A stretch of DNA of 64,000 nucleotides. Source: Octopus bimaculoides (Eukaryota). The translations under genes and the position numbers were made by a program. How positions within the stretch are numbered: the first letter of the stretch is position 1; every line of letters begins with the position of its first letter. The DNA lies in contig NC_068984.1 in NCBI RefSeq assembly GCF_001194135.2, positions 115,506,304 to 115,570,303 of the forward strand, read 5' to 3'. This document shows, piece after piece, positions 12,430 through 26,432 of the stretch. The notes under the pieces were generated by a model that saw nothing but the letters and a program-made list of their open reading frames with translations, was not told the origin of the DNA and ran no database searches.

Positions 12430-13320
12430 ATGTATGTAAAGTAGGTTATGCATGCACCACATTCGGAATCAGAGCAAAAGAAGACGTTTCTACGTAGTCG
12501 TTAGATCTGCTAGATTTGGCAGTTAAAAGTTCCTAAAATTACACACTATCGTTTTAGAAAGAGAAGGACACGTTAGATAATGCAGTTTTAGATATACAAA
12601 AACAGGGTGGTTATGGCAGGAACGCCTCTGATCATAAGTTTTCCCAATCATGGCCAACTAGGATGGGGTTAAATAGCATTAATACAGACACCAGTAAGCT
12701 ACATACACAGACGTTCTACCTGCTAGAAATAGCAGCCACATTTCCCTCAGAATACACTTTATTTTGTTTAAAAAAAAAAAAAGACTCAAAAAATCTATCT
12801 TGGGCGGGGCTGCGGGAGACATATGGTCACGTCTGAAACGTCTTTTATTGTAGATTTGATCATTCAGAGCTGTTGTGGGTTAAACAACTACGATAAACAC
12901 GTTAATTCTCGGGTCAAACTAATGTAGGGGCCTCTCATACGCATTCATTCGTTCAACCTGCTATAAATAGCATCCAGATTATCCTTAAAGGTGACATTGG
13001 ATAACGTAGTCCGAGATTATCTTAGGTACACTATAACTGGATTTAAAAGGAGTAGTCACATCTGGGACGCCTTTAATTATAGGTCTGCTCAATCTGAGCT
13101 CACAAGACTGTTGCAGACACGAACCAACGAAAGAGCCTCTACGCAAGTCACTCGACATGCTAGAAATGGCAGTTAATTTCCGTTAAGTTTCACCCTACAG
13201 TCTTAGAGAAAGGACACAATAGATAATGTAATCTTAGATACACTTATGTCTGTGGAAAAAGACGTGATGGTAACGGCTGCAACGGATTAACAGGGCTAAC
13301 TTAGGGTTAAACAATAACAT
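12430..13320. repeat. Cluster of three diverged copies of an interspersed repeat (GCTAGAAATAGCAGCC...GGGGTTAAACAAC family)
   Basis: The motif set recurs at ~12500, ~12720 and ~13160, and again at ~19220-19370 and ~28000-28230. Confidence 0.6.
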
Positions 13321-15298
13321 TTACTGTAGACAAATCTTTATTTCATCAGCGTTTTGTAGTATATTTATTTATACTAATTACAGATGCTATTTTAATTAAA
13401 TAATTAATATGCATAGAATTTTAATGGGAGAGCTAGAACCGACGGATATATAACTCGTTAAAATATAAATATATGAGTATTACAAAACTAAATTTTTGTT
13501 TAGTTGTTGTTCGGAAGGTTGGGACTCTTCTTATTTTTGTTTCTCGTTTTAGCCTTGCTGTTGACTCTTAGATCAACTTTAAAAACAGACAGACCCACAA
13601 TGAATAATATTCCGTAACTTTTTATACTCAGTAATATTTAATATGCTAACTCTTCTCTTTTATAAGACAATTAAGCTGTGATTTTGCGGGAGATTTGTTC
13701 ACTCATATATAGCAGCAGATCGAGTCCACTATGTAGGGTTCTCTCCATGTCTCGGTACTTAATATGTTTACGGAAGCAGTTGATGCAGTCAACGGGAAAG
13801 ACATAACCACGTGCAGACACAATATTGACTGTCATGTTAGAGCAAGTACGAATGGGAATCAAATTCGATTATTATTGTTATTATTATTATTTATGTAAAT
13901 CCCCACACAAACTGTTGTCTGTTTTTGTGATGTTCCCCTCATTTGTGCTTCTGTGGCTAATAAAAGAAATGACTACTATTATTATTATTTATTTTATTGT
14001 ATTTTATTTAAGGGGCGGGTAGTTGTGATGGTTTAATCTATAGCAAATCGAAAATTGTCTCACAAAATCATGTAAAGTTTTTAATTGGTGTAAAACATGC
14101 ATGTGTACACATACGTAAATGGTCATGTGTCCTCTACTACGATCCCTGCCTCAGCATGGGCGCCGTCCAACGACTAAAACAAGCAAAAGAACGTGTGTGT
14201 GTGTGTTTATGTATGTATGTTTCAGCTGCTCTTAATTATTTAAATTCTTCCTCTGAGGAAGGAGCTCGATTCTAACAAATATGCAAAGTTCCATCGTTGG
14301 AATGTAAATAACAAGAACAATATCACATTTTAAACTTGAGACAAGTCTTGTGTATTTTTACTGTTGCGAGTTAGTTGGTTGATTTCTTTTTCTGAAAACA
14401 CTAGCTTATCCAGATTGTCACTTTGGCATTTACTCACAATTATTATTAGTAAAAATGTGAATTTACAATCTGTCTGTCTGTGTGGATGGATGGACGGACG
14501 GACGGACGGATGGATGGATCTCTACTGGCAACATGAAATCTAGTACTTAGAGACGACTAAACCGGCACCTACACCTGACTAGCCTGGTGAGGAGGGTTGC
14601 TAGAAACCCTGCAGGCCTAAAAACAAACCTGTTAAAGGGGACAGTTGAACCCACTGTAGGTTCGACTACCATCTAGCGATAGCATAGGCACTCAGAAATG
14701 TCGGTTTGGTTTCCGCTGGGAATGAGGCACCCATCAGTTTTTGTTAAAGCATGTCTTTAGGAGGTTACTCTAAAATAATACTGGATATGCAGAGAATGGC
14801 ATTGGACATCTTGCGGATTTTTTGCTTGCGCTTGAAATCATACCGCTCCCAAATTCCTGAGCTTGCAACCCATATTGGCACTGGATGTCTTGCCCTGGCT
14901 CGTCCCTGGATCATGTCGATATGGTAGAGAGGGGCTGTGAGGTCGTACAAGCCCTTTGGGACCTAAAATTTTGCATTGACATTGTTGATATTTTGCACGT
15001 CATTGCCTTGTAAGTGATGATTGTACTTGTCTGACGATTCAACAGCTATCATATATACAAACGTGTGTGTAATATATGTATGTATACGTAAGGCGGCCGA
15101 GCTGACAGGATCGTTAAGCATGCCAGGCAAAAATGCTTAGCGGCATTTCGTCCGTCTTTACGTTCTGAGTTCAAATTCTGCCAAGTCGACTTTCGGACTC
15201 GATGTAATCGACTTACTCCCATCCTTCGAAATTGCTGGTCTTGTACTAAAATTGGAAACCAATATACGTATGTATACGTACATATATTTGTGTGCATG

Positions 15299-15389
<91 letters not shown>

Positions 15390-16616
15390 ATACATGTACG
15401 TATATATGCATATACTCATTATTTATTTATATATATATATAATGCGCGCACATAGAATAGACACACAAACATACATGAACAATGAAACACACATACATAC
15501 AAACTACTGTACTATGGTGTACTAGAGAGACGTGCACTCGTTATTACATGACGGCAACGTAGAAAATGGATTTTCGTCGGTTTTGATGAAGATCGTTCAG
15601 TTCGATAAATTGCACTGCATGTCCATTGAATTAGCGTGTAAGTGACTGTGTATACCAAAGACACACACATTTAGCCTTAACGAAATCGTCAGGTAGAGTC
15701 AGTGTTACACAGTGTGTGGAACAAATCCAATCGATAAGCATCCGAAAAGTTTCATGTTATTTTTGTCAACTCAAATCGATGATCAAAAAAAAAAAACATT
15801 TTTCCAAGATGCCATGCTGTCGTATCAAACCTGAGACGTTGTTATTAAAAAATGAACTTTTTAACCATTCGTCCACAAGTATATCCACACATACGCTTAA
15901 CGCCTATATACATGCACATATAAATTCGCTCGTATTTTTCACAAGTGCCTGGAATTGTGTTGACTCAAACCAAAATTCCTTGTCGCTTTGTTTAGCAACC
16001 AGTTTGAATTCTACAAAGGAAATTAAATAAATCTCAAAGAAAAACATGTATAGAACATTGTGTGTGTGTGTGTGCGCGCGCTCATGCATGTGTGTATGCA
16101 TGTATCTGTTTTACTTGTTTCAACCATTTGACTACGGCCATGCTGGGGCACCACCTTGAACGGTTTAAGTCGAACAAATCGACCCCACTACTTATTTTTT
16201 AAAAATCTGGTACTTTTTCCATTGGTGTCTATTTTGCCGAAGCACTAAGATACGGAGACGTAAGTAAACCAACACCGGTTGTTTAGCGGTGGTGGGGGAC
16301 AAACGCACGCGCGCGCACACATACACACAAACACACACACACATGTGTATATATATACATACATATATATATATATATATANNNNNNNNNNNNNNNNNNN
16401 NTATACAACGGGCTTCTTTCAGTTTCGTCTACCAAATCCGCTGACAAGGCTTTGATCGACCCGTGGGCTATAGTGAAAGACACTTGCTCAAAGTCTCACG
16501 TAGTAGGACCAAACATGAAACCATGTGGTTGAGAATCAAGCTTCTTATCACATATATATGTAATCATGCTGCTTAACCATCAAGATACTAAAAACCAGTT
16601 GTTAGAACTGAAAATA

Positions 16617-17372
16617 TAAGGGTGGGCTGAAAAATTCATTGGTCGACTATGAAGGAGTCATCTTAGAGCTGTGAAATCTTGCTAGCATTGATTTCAGCAC
16701 TTCTTATCAATAACTGCATTGTTCCTATCCAGCTAATCTGACATTTGACAGTTTAAAGAAGACTTCAGAAATAACTAATAACGACTCCTCTTGAAAATGG
16801 ACGAAACTTGGCATCGTGGTGTTATCAAGTACGTGCAGTAATTTGGTTTAGCTCCCCCAACGACATTCATGCTGACGTGCTTGCTACATTAGATGATGCT
16901 TCAGCTCAATCAACATTGCAGAAGTGGGCAGCTGAATTTAGGAGGAAAAGGGAGAGTCTTGAAGATGACGTAAAGTTTGGACATTCTGCCTCTACCGAGG
17001 AAAACATTAATCGTGCTCACCACATGGTGATGGATGACAGGCGATTGACTAACAGCCAATGCTATTAGCATATCCTGTGAGTGAGTTGAGAATATTCTGC
17101 ACAATGAACTTGGCATTACGAAGGTTTCTGCTCTGAAAGTGCCATGTCTAATGAAACCTGATCAAAAGCGCACCCGATGATCACATCACGGGAAAGTCTG
17201 GCATTGTTTGAGGCATATCCAGCTGGTTTCCTTGAACGTTTCCTAACCCAGGATAAGTGTTGAGTTCACCACTTTGAGCCAGACACAAAGAGACAACCCA
17301 TGCAGTGGAAACACCCCTCCTCACTTTCTCCCAAAAATGTCAAAATCGTTTCATCTGCAGGAAAGATGACAG
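16617..17372 (+). mobile_element. 5' half of a second degenerate mariner transposon
   Basis: Left TIR-like TAAGGGTGGGCTGAAAAATTCA, then a broken transposase (DIHADVL..STLQKWAAEFRR..SLEDD, MVMDDRRLT, HHFEP.TKRQ.MQWKH). It stops abruptly at a foldback element. Confidence 0.88.
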
Positions 17373-17377
17373 CCAAA

Positions 17378-17627
17378 GCATATAAAAAATCTGAAAATTC
17401 AGAAAAATTGTATTACATGTGTATAAGAAGGAATGACCAATTTTTCATTTTGTCTTGCCCGCTTATGTTATGGTGTTTTGCGAAATTTTTTTCTAGTAAA
17501 CATTATCTTTTCTTTGTGGCTGAGTCGTTGATGACCTCTGTCTAGTATATCGGATGTCCACTTAGTGGTCATCCCTTCTTATACATATGCAATACAATTT
17601 TTCTGAATTTTCAGATTTTTTATATGC
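17378..17627. mobile_element. Foldback element with ~62-bp terminal inverted repeats
   Basis: 17378-17439 is the reverse complement of ~17566-17627 with 3 mismatches. The core is repeated at ~17975-18120 and, diverged, at ~18255-18375. Confidence 0.7.
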
Positions 17628-18513
17628 TAGGCCACTTGGTTTTAAATTGAATTAATATTCAATTTATCACCCTCTATATATAAATAATAATTTAAATAAT
17701 TATGTTCTCCAGCCGGCAACATAAACTGCAGAGAATAATTCACTGCAGAATTGTTTCCGGAATTTGGTGCGCCAGAGCTGAGACATTTTGAAAAATAACC
17801 CCAATGTAATCGGTAGAACTGTACGCAAGTCTTATTTCATGAAGACAATTCGTGTATAGTTCTGCAAATTATATTGATTCTAGAACGATTGTGCTGATGA
17901 AAACACGGATGTTGTTACGTAAGTAAAATGTTAATGTCAAAACCGGTACACAATTAATTCTTTATTCTGTATATTTCTCATTTTGTCTTGCCCGCTTATG
18001 TTCTGGTGTTTTGCGAAATTTTTTTCTGGAGAACATTATTTTTTCTTTGTGGTTGGGTCGTTGATGACCTCTTTCTAGCATATCGGATGTCCACTTAGTG
18101 GTCATCCCTTCTTATACATACATATATATNNNNNNNNNNNNNNNNNNNNNNNNNNNNNNNNNNNNNNNNNNNNNNNNNNNNNNNNNNNNNNNNNNNNNNN
18201 NNNNNNNNNNNNNNNNNNNNNNNNNNNNNNNNNNNTTTAGGTGATTTTAAATGTCTTGCCCGCTCACGTTTTTGGTATGCTGCTATATTTCATGTTGAGA
18301 ACTTTTTAGGTCTTAATAGACACAAGATGTGATCTATTTCTAGCGCATTAATTGTCCACGTTAGTGGTCGACGTTATTTTTTAAAATGTACCTTAATCCC
18401 CTGAGATTGCAGATAATATTTCTGAATCTCTTTGATTCTTTAAATGTGCTGGCCCCCTGATAATTAATCGATATTAATTAATATATTAATATATGACTAA
18501 TTACCAGATCTTA

Positions 18514-18545
<32 letters not shown>

Positions 18546-18939
18546 AAGAATGATAGTTGAGGTGTGTTCTGTTAAGAACGTATAAGAGGAGTACAAATAG
18601 AGATCGTTCACTCTTAGAATTCCCAAATAGCCGGTAGTATTTTAGTCTTAGGTATTCCTTGTGTTAGTTTCAAAGAAGAAGCCATGGATGTTGTAGCATG
18701 GAAATCTAGATTTACTTACGGAGACAGCAACTGAGTATCGCCTGAGGAGATACATATAGATCTTCTTATACAGGTAAATCGTTACATAATTTAATTTGAA
18801 TTTAACTTTAAATCCTGTATATATGAGGATCTGTATGTATCGAAACATTTGTAGCGATTAAAAAGCTGCCTAACCGTACTTACTCTTCCCTTTGACTCGT
18901 TTACTTTTTACATAAAGAATAATATATATTCTTTTATGC

Positions 18940-18970
<31 letters not shown>

Positions 18971-21900
18971 ATCTACATATGTAATACGTACACAGATATA
19001 CATATAGTATGCATATACATACATGTGTGTATGTGTAAATATAAAATAAATACATATATGAATGTATATGTTTATTTCGTCAGAAGTTACAGAGTGATAA
19101 TGGACAAATTCGTGTTTGATAAGTGTCAATACACGAAACTCAGCTTTTGGCTTACTCTCTAACTTCTGCCGATGATATATATACATATTACATATATTTG
19201 CAAAAATATCTCATCACACAATCGAAGCAATGAAAGAGCCTCTACCTCGTCGCTCAACACGCTAAAAATAGCAGCCTAAGTATCCCCCTACCTAAATAAC
19301 ACGGCCATTGCTGAAGGCTGGAATGTCTTTGATGATAGGTTTGCAGTATCAGGGTTGATTTGAGGCTAAATAACATTATGGTCAATTTCTATATTAACAC
19401 CCGCACGATTTTCTCTAAGAATTTTTTTTAATGATTTTTTTTTTTTTTTTTTTTTGCGTGGAATCAAGCACCCTGACCTAATAGGCTGCAAATCCCTTAT
19501 TTTGGTTCGGAAAAAATGAGGGGCTCCCCGCCCTCAATTCCGGAATCATCTTTTCGTTGCATGAATTCCTGTGAACTCCTAATATTGCAAAATTAGGTTA
19601 TTTAAGGTGAGCCTGGTAACTGATGGTTTTGAGGTCTTGTTTGTAACTTTTGATTAGCCATGGTACAACTAACAACATGGTAAAAATCCCTGCCATTAAT
19701 TTGGTGTGGATGGGTAATATCAAATAATTCAATCACAACATATATCTAAATTAAATATGAAAAAAATTGAATTATCATCATCACTTACATGAAAATATTG
19801 AAATATTATCTTTCAGTATTTTATAAGGTAAAATACTAAATTATTAATGGACACATTATAATTTATCTTATAACAGCAATGCCTGGAAAAATCACGGATT
19901 ACATGGAAAAATGCAAGCATGAAAAGTAATATTCTTAAGATTATAAACCTGGAAAAGTACAGGACAAGTTATTACACCTGTAAAAGTATAGGACAAGCTA
20001 TTACTTCTAGTAATGTAAAGAATAAGAAACTTGTTACTTAAAATGAATAAAAGGTAAAGTCGACCTCGGAGGAATTTGAACTCAGAACGTAAAGACGAAC
20101 GAAATGCCAATAAGCAGTTGGCCCGGCGTGCTAATGATTCTACCAGCTCACCACTTTAAAGTTTCTTTTATAATACTAAGTATAACGTTTGGGATAATCA
20201 CAGATAAAACTGGAATATACAAAATAATATGTGTGGCTGTAATGTGATGCATCTGGTGCCAAGGTTGAGATGTTTAGGGGTGCATCAGTCCCAAAGTGGT
20301 CTTACAGTGCACTCATTGACTTATTTGGTGTATTGGTGTGTTTTAGTATGGCCTCGTTTATTATTGTTAGATTGTCGTTCACCTTATGCTGAATTTATCT
20401 GTCCTTTTGACAGTTTGTTTTTGTCCTGTTATATAGCAACTGTCTTTGCTAGCAACTGTCTTTGCTAGACAAGCCTGGTAAGGCGTGTCAATTTAGACAC
20501 TGACGATCTAAGCATGTAACAGATGTACTGGGTTAAAAATTTCCAGTAACATTTAGAGTGGCCTAACATAACATATAATGATATACATTTGCACCTGTAT
20601 AGTTTCCGTGAAGTTCATAAACATATAATCCCGTTTAAATTTTTCTACATTCTAAGTTGAAACTCTACCTGAGGCAACTTTGCCTTCCATTCTCTCTTAA
20701 ATCGACAATTTCCGTCTTTATCCCAGTGGAAGAGACTAAATTTATCCCATATATTTAGCATTTTTATCTAGTATCTACTTCAATCCTTCTAACACCCAAG
20801 ATCGTCACTACAGATCTTCCAGTGTTGGTGCAGTCGATATGGATACTTTTCAATTTGTATTTCTGCTGGTCGATAGGAAAATATATTCATGAATTACAAT
20901 TCTAAATATGAAGGACTTTGAAATACATCAAGAACTGAGTTCGGCTATTGGTCTCTATCATCAGCAGAAGATCACATATTTTGTACGATAGTATGAACGC
21001 ATTGCTAACTCTAGCTTTACTATTAGCATCGCTGTACATAACTTTCATGACACTTACAAGTCATTCTTCTATCCCTAATTTCTTTCATGACCAACAGAAT
21101 CAACGGAAAATCTAACCAAGATTTAATCCACTAATCTATCGAGTTCTCGGCATTTATTAATCTTGGAAATGTTTTCCTATGTATCTTCTGATCTTTCTTA
21201 ACCCATAGAAAAGTTCACCTCGGTCTTTCGTAGCTTCTGTCTCCTAATGCATTCCCTTAACTTAAATATATAAGGAGGCAAAGAAGCAGAAAATATTATA
21301 TTCTTGTCTCTGCTGATGGACCAACTAACTCACCATCGTCTTAATACTGACTGTTTTTTGTTTTTTTATTCATGCCCGAAATTTTCAGAGTATGGCCACC
21401 GGAATCAATTACATTATATTACTGGTACAAGGCGACAGGCTGGCAGAACGCAGGGCAAAATACTTAGAAGCATTCCGTCCGTCTTTACATTCTGAGTACA
21501 AATCTCGCTGTGGTCGACTTTGCCTTTCCTCCTTTCGGGGTCGATAAAATAAGTACCAGCCGACTTACTCCATTCCCCGAACTTGCTGACCTTGTGCCAA
21601 AATTTGAAACCATTATATTGCTGCTACTAATTTATAGATTCGGATGAGCTGAAGATCAAAATCTAATCTGGCAGTATTTAGAGAAACGTCCAGACGAAAA
21701 CATAGAGTGTCTCATAGTTATACGACACAAATGATTAGTTCAAGGCTAAACACTGTTATTAACAGAGGTACGTGCGCTCATCATTTTGATACACCCTGTA
21801 AAACGTTGCATATTTTTCAACTCAGAGGTTTACTGAAGCAAATGAATAATAACTTCTCACATTCGATCAGATAACAGTTGAAAGGAAGGAGTATGGTCGA

Positions 21901-22330
21901 TTGAAGTAAACTAGTTATGATCGGTTATGATTGAGTGCGGAGTTTCACAATGTAAAATCAACACTGGAAATATTTGAATCTAGAAGAGGGTCAATCGATT
22001 ACATTGACTGGTACTTATTTTATCGACCCCGAAGGATGAAAGGTAAAGTCGACCACGGCAGAATTTGAACTCAGAACGTAAAGCCAGAAGAAATGCTGCT
22101 AAGTAATTTTCCCGACGCGCTAACAATTTTGCCAGCTCACTGCCTTATATTGATATTTAACGATATCATATTTTCATAGGATGAAAATAAGTAAATAAAT
22201 AAATAAATAAAACGTCCCATATCCATTACGGGTCATCAAGAAAAAGAAACGCTTATGTTGTACTTTAATTTTTCGACGCCGCATGAGATGACAGGCAAAA
22301 TTGATTTCGAACGGATTTGAACTAAGAATG

Positions 22331-22748
22331 TATGGTAAGCAGCTTGCTTACCAACCGCATGGTTCCGGGTTCAGTCCCACTGCGTGGCACCTAGGGCAAG
22401 TGTTTTCTACTATAGCCTCGGGCCGACCAAAGCCTTGTGAGTGGATTTGGTAGACGGAAACTGAAAGAAACGAGTCGTATATATGTGTGTGTGTGTGTGT
22501 GTGTNNNNNNNNNNNNNNNNNNNNNNNNNNNNNNNNNNNNNNNNNNNNNNNNNNCCACCACCATCGCTTGACAACCGACGCTGGTGTGTTTACGTCCCCG
22601 TAACTTAGCGGTTCGGCAAAAAGAGACCGATAGAATATGTACTAGGCTTACAAAGAATAAGTCCTGGGGTCGATTTGCTCGACTAAAGGCGGTACTCCAG
22701 CATGGCCACAGTCAAATGACTGAAACAAGTAAAAGAGTAAAATGAGAG
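22331..22748 (+). mobile_element. SINE family A, young copy spanning a gap
   Basis: High identity to the reverse complement of 54424-54811. Confidence 0.85.
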
Positions 22749-23191
22749 TAACCGTAGCAAAATACTTCTAGGCTAAGTGCCGTCGCTCTAACAATTCAGA
22801 TAATCCACCAACCTAATTAGATACGCAATAATGAGATCCCGAAGATCATTAAATTGTCTAAACTTTTTCTCACAAAATGTTTCTGTACGCATTTACAAAG
22901 AAATTGTAAATCTCTCTCACACTGCTCCCCTTCTTCCCCCTCTCTCTTCTTCCCACCCCTTGATAAAAAATCTGTGCCAATACGATACACAATCGTTGAT
23001 ATAAAATCGTCTTCTTAATTACATGTTTCAAATTTCGGCACAAGGCCAGCAATTTCAGGCGACAGGGTATAAGTCGATTACATCGACCCCAGTGCTCAGC
23101 TAATACTTATTTCATCGAATCTGAAAGGATGAAATACACAGTCGTCCGAGGCGGAATTTACACTCAGAACGTAAAGGCGGATGAAATACCT

Positions 23192-23412
23192 ATTTCTTTA
23201 CTGCCCACAAGGGGCTACACAGAGGGGACAAACAAGAACAGACAAACGGATTAAGTCGATTACATCGACCCCAGTGCGTAACTGGTACTTAATTTATCGA
23301 CCCCGAAAGGATGAAAGGCAAAGTCGACCTCGGCGGAATTTGAACTCAGAACGCAGTGGCAGACGAAATACCGCTAAACATTTCGCCCGGTGTGCTAACG
23401 TTTCTGCCAGCT
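23192..23412 (-). mobile_element. tRNA-derived SINE family B, well-preserved copy
   Basis: AGCTGGCAGAA.CGTTAGCAC.CCGGGCGAAATG...GAGTTCAAATTCCGCCGAGGTCGACTTTGCCTTTCATCCTTTCGGGGTCGATAAA. Other copies at about 15091-15260, 20020-20160, 21427-21615, 21980-22150, 23020-23190, 24250-24600, 25421-25635, 31260-31385, 33460-33790, 34080-34230, 41955-42165, 42520-42740, 43500-43690, 52910-53150, 53500-53760, 57550-57775 and 58463-58517. Confidence 0.85.
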
Positions 23413-26037
23413 AAGCATAACACTTCCATGAAAAGCAATGTGATATCTGGTATAAGTGACTTCTACGAGAGCCTCGGACGGATTTAATAGGTGGAAACTG
23501 AAAGAAGCATGTCTCGCGTGCGCGTTTGTGAATGCGAGTGCGCGTATATTTTTCTGTCATATGCCTTTTTACTAACTGCGCTGGTTTGTCTGTAACCATA
23601 AATTAACGGTTTGGTATGTCACCGATAGAATACCAGATTTTACAAAAATTAAAAAGTACTGGAGTCGATTTGTTCGACTCAACCCTACAAAGGTGGTGCC
23701 CTAGCATGGCAGTAGGACAATAACTGAAACGAGTAAAAGACAAAAAGAAAAATTTGTTGACTTACAATATTTGGTATTGTTTTCTCCAATGTTTAAAATG
23801 CTGTAATTATTCTCATAACTTTCCCTTTTGTACATTTAATTCTGAACTGACTCATGCTTGTGGAAGTGATTATCAAAAAATGGGGAATAGTAGCAGCGAA
23901 ACAACAATTGGAGACGTGTGATATACGGTTCCTTGTCTAAGGGAAGTAACTCTAATGATTCTAACAAAAATTAAAATTTACTTTAGAGTTACCTACCTTT
24001 ACATTAGCGTATACGTTCGTGAAACGTAAACTTTTTTTTCTTTTCTTTTTTTGTGAATTCTTTGTTACAACATATTTAGCAACGGTGTAAATGCTACTAA
24101 TTTTTTTTAGTAGAAACTATATCAGTAATTCTCAAACAGGGTACAGAAGATTTAATATATATAATGTAGGGTTGTAGAAAATCCATACTAGAAACGTGAC
24201 TGTCGTGAAAGTAGAATTATTCATAATTTTGTTGTCCACACAAGTATCATTGTTCTCAAATTTTGGCACAATGCTAGCAAGTTCGGGTAGGGAAAAAATC
24301 GATTACATCAGTTATTTATTTTACCGACCCCAAAAGAATGAAAGGCAAAGTTAACATTGGTAGCATTTGAACTCAGAACGTAAAGACGAACGAAATGCTA
24401 CAAAGCATTTCGCCCTGCGTGCTAACAATTCTGCCAGCTCACCGCCTTCCATATACGTATTATTAAATATTCTTTTCCACTCTAGGCACAAGGCCCTAAA
24501 TTTTGGAGGAGGGGCCAGTCGATTAGATTGACTCCTCCAGTCCGCGATTGGTACTTAATTTGTCGACCCCGAAAGGATGAAAGACGAAGTTGACCTAAGC
24601 GAAAGTATGAAATTTTTTTTTTTAATGGATTCTTAAATGTTTTTTTTTTTAAGTTCAAAACACTGTTTCTTATTTCAATGAGACACTAATTTTAACTTTC
24701 CATGCGAAGTGTACCTTAATTTTTTCTTTAATCCCTGTAAGCCACAGTCAAAAATATTGAGTGAAGCTCGATTTAGAGCAGTGACTCCCAAACTTTTTCT
24801 CAAAGCTAAGAATCACAGTAAAATTAAATCATGCTTCCATACATGGATCAACAAAGGAGCCTTTAACTGATCAATGAACTTGTTAGATAAGAGCTATATC
24901 TCTCCTATTTACGTATCCACGGAATGGTAGTGATATTATGTTCAAGACGAAGGGTGTAACAAGTAGAATTTCACAACACAAGCACGTCAGGGCCATTAAA
25001 CTTAAATACCACTGAAAAATGCTAACGTAATGAAGCTATCTCAAAGTATAACATCCAGAGACTATATAGCTAAAGTATAAAGTATAAAATCCAAGTAAAG
25101 ACTGTATATAACTAAAGTGACTACTGTTTGTGCAACTTTTCAACATTCGAATGTCAACTTCACATATTCTCATCATTCAAGAACTAAGCTGAACTGACAT
25201 CTCCACATGATTCTAAATTGTTTAAGGATTAAAACATTCTATTGAGAAATATCAGCTTTGATTAAGTTGTCAGTGCTTATACAACTAAAGATGGCATTGA
25301 TTTATTATTAATTATAATATTAACGAGTGCATGACATAAAAGATGTTCCAATAAATTTATTAAAGATACATCAGAAACTCGTTTATAAATGTCATTATTA
25401 CATGATTTGATTTGTAAAATGCCAAGCTGACAGAATCGTTAGTGCGCCAGACAAAAATGCTTAGCGGCATTTCGTCCATCTTTAGTTCTGAGTTAAAATT
25501 CCGGCACGATCGATTTTGCCTTCTGTCCTGACAAGGTCGATAAAATAAGTACCAGTTGAGTAGTGGAGTCAATGTTATCGACTAACTTCTCCCCCGAAAA
25601 TTTCAAATCTCGTGCCTATGGTAGCAAGGATTCTGACATTATTTGTACCCCTTTATCTTAGCGACATAACGCAGATCCTTCTGGACATTTGCAACTCTGC
25701 TCCCTCCTTCATAACAACAGTAGTATTTAGAGCTAACTCCAGTGAAACACTGCCCTAAGTTCAGCATTTCGTTTACGACTGATCTTGAGTTTTATAATGA
25801 TCAACATTATTCCAGAAATAAAAGTATCCATTATTTAAGTTATCAAGTGCAATTCAGACGACAGTACTTTGAAGTTGTATTCCTTCGCCAGGAAGGACTT
25901 CTAAGGCTAGAAGAAATGTGTGTGTGTGTGTGTGTGAATTATGCATCCCTTTCTCCCTCCACAGATAGACAATCTGACCCCCTCCCAACCATTCACTCAG
26001 CAGAACATCCATGTGAAAGATGGAGAGAGAGAGTGAG

Positions 26038-26122
<85 letters not shown>

Positions 26123-26393
26123 NNNNNNNNNNNNNNNNNNNNNNNNNNNNNNNNNNNNNNNNNNNNNNNNNNNNNNNNNNNNNNNNGTAAAAAGAAGTCG
26201 TCTGCTCAAGGACCTAAGAAAATCTGCCAAGATAAGTGCACACTGAAAACACATTCTACAATTGGGAAGTCAAATTAAATTATAAATAAAGGAATAGACA
26301 GGTTTTCAAATTGATTATTTTTTTACCGATTTCATATATGCATGGAGGTTTATATTAATAAACGCATATACACATAATTCTGTTGTACATATG

Positions 26394-26432
<39 letters not shown>

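Noticed and set aside
18652-18773. In-frame TGA in an exon-like segment as a possible selenocysteine codon
   Set aside because: No redox-motif context, no identifiable SECIS or selenoprotein family, and neighbouring segments have TAG/TAA stops too.
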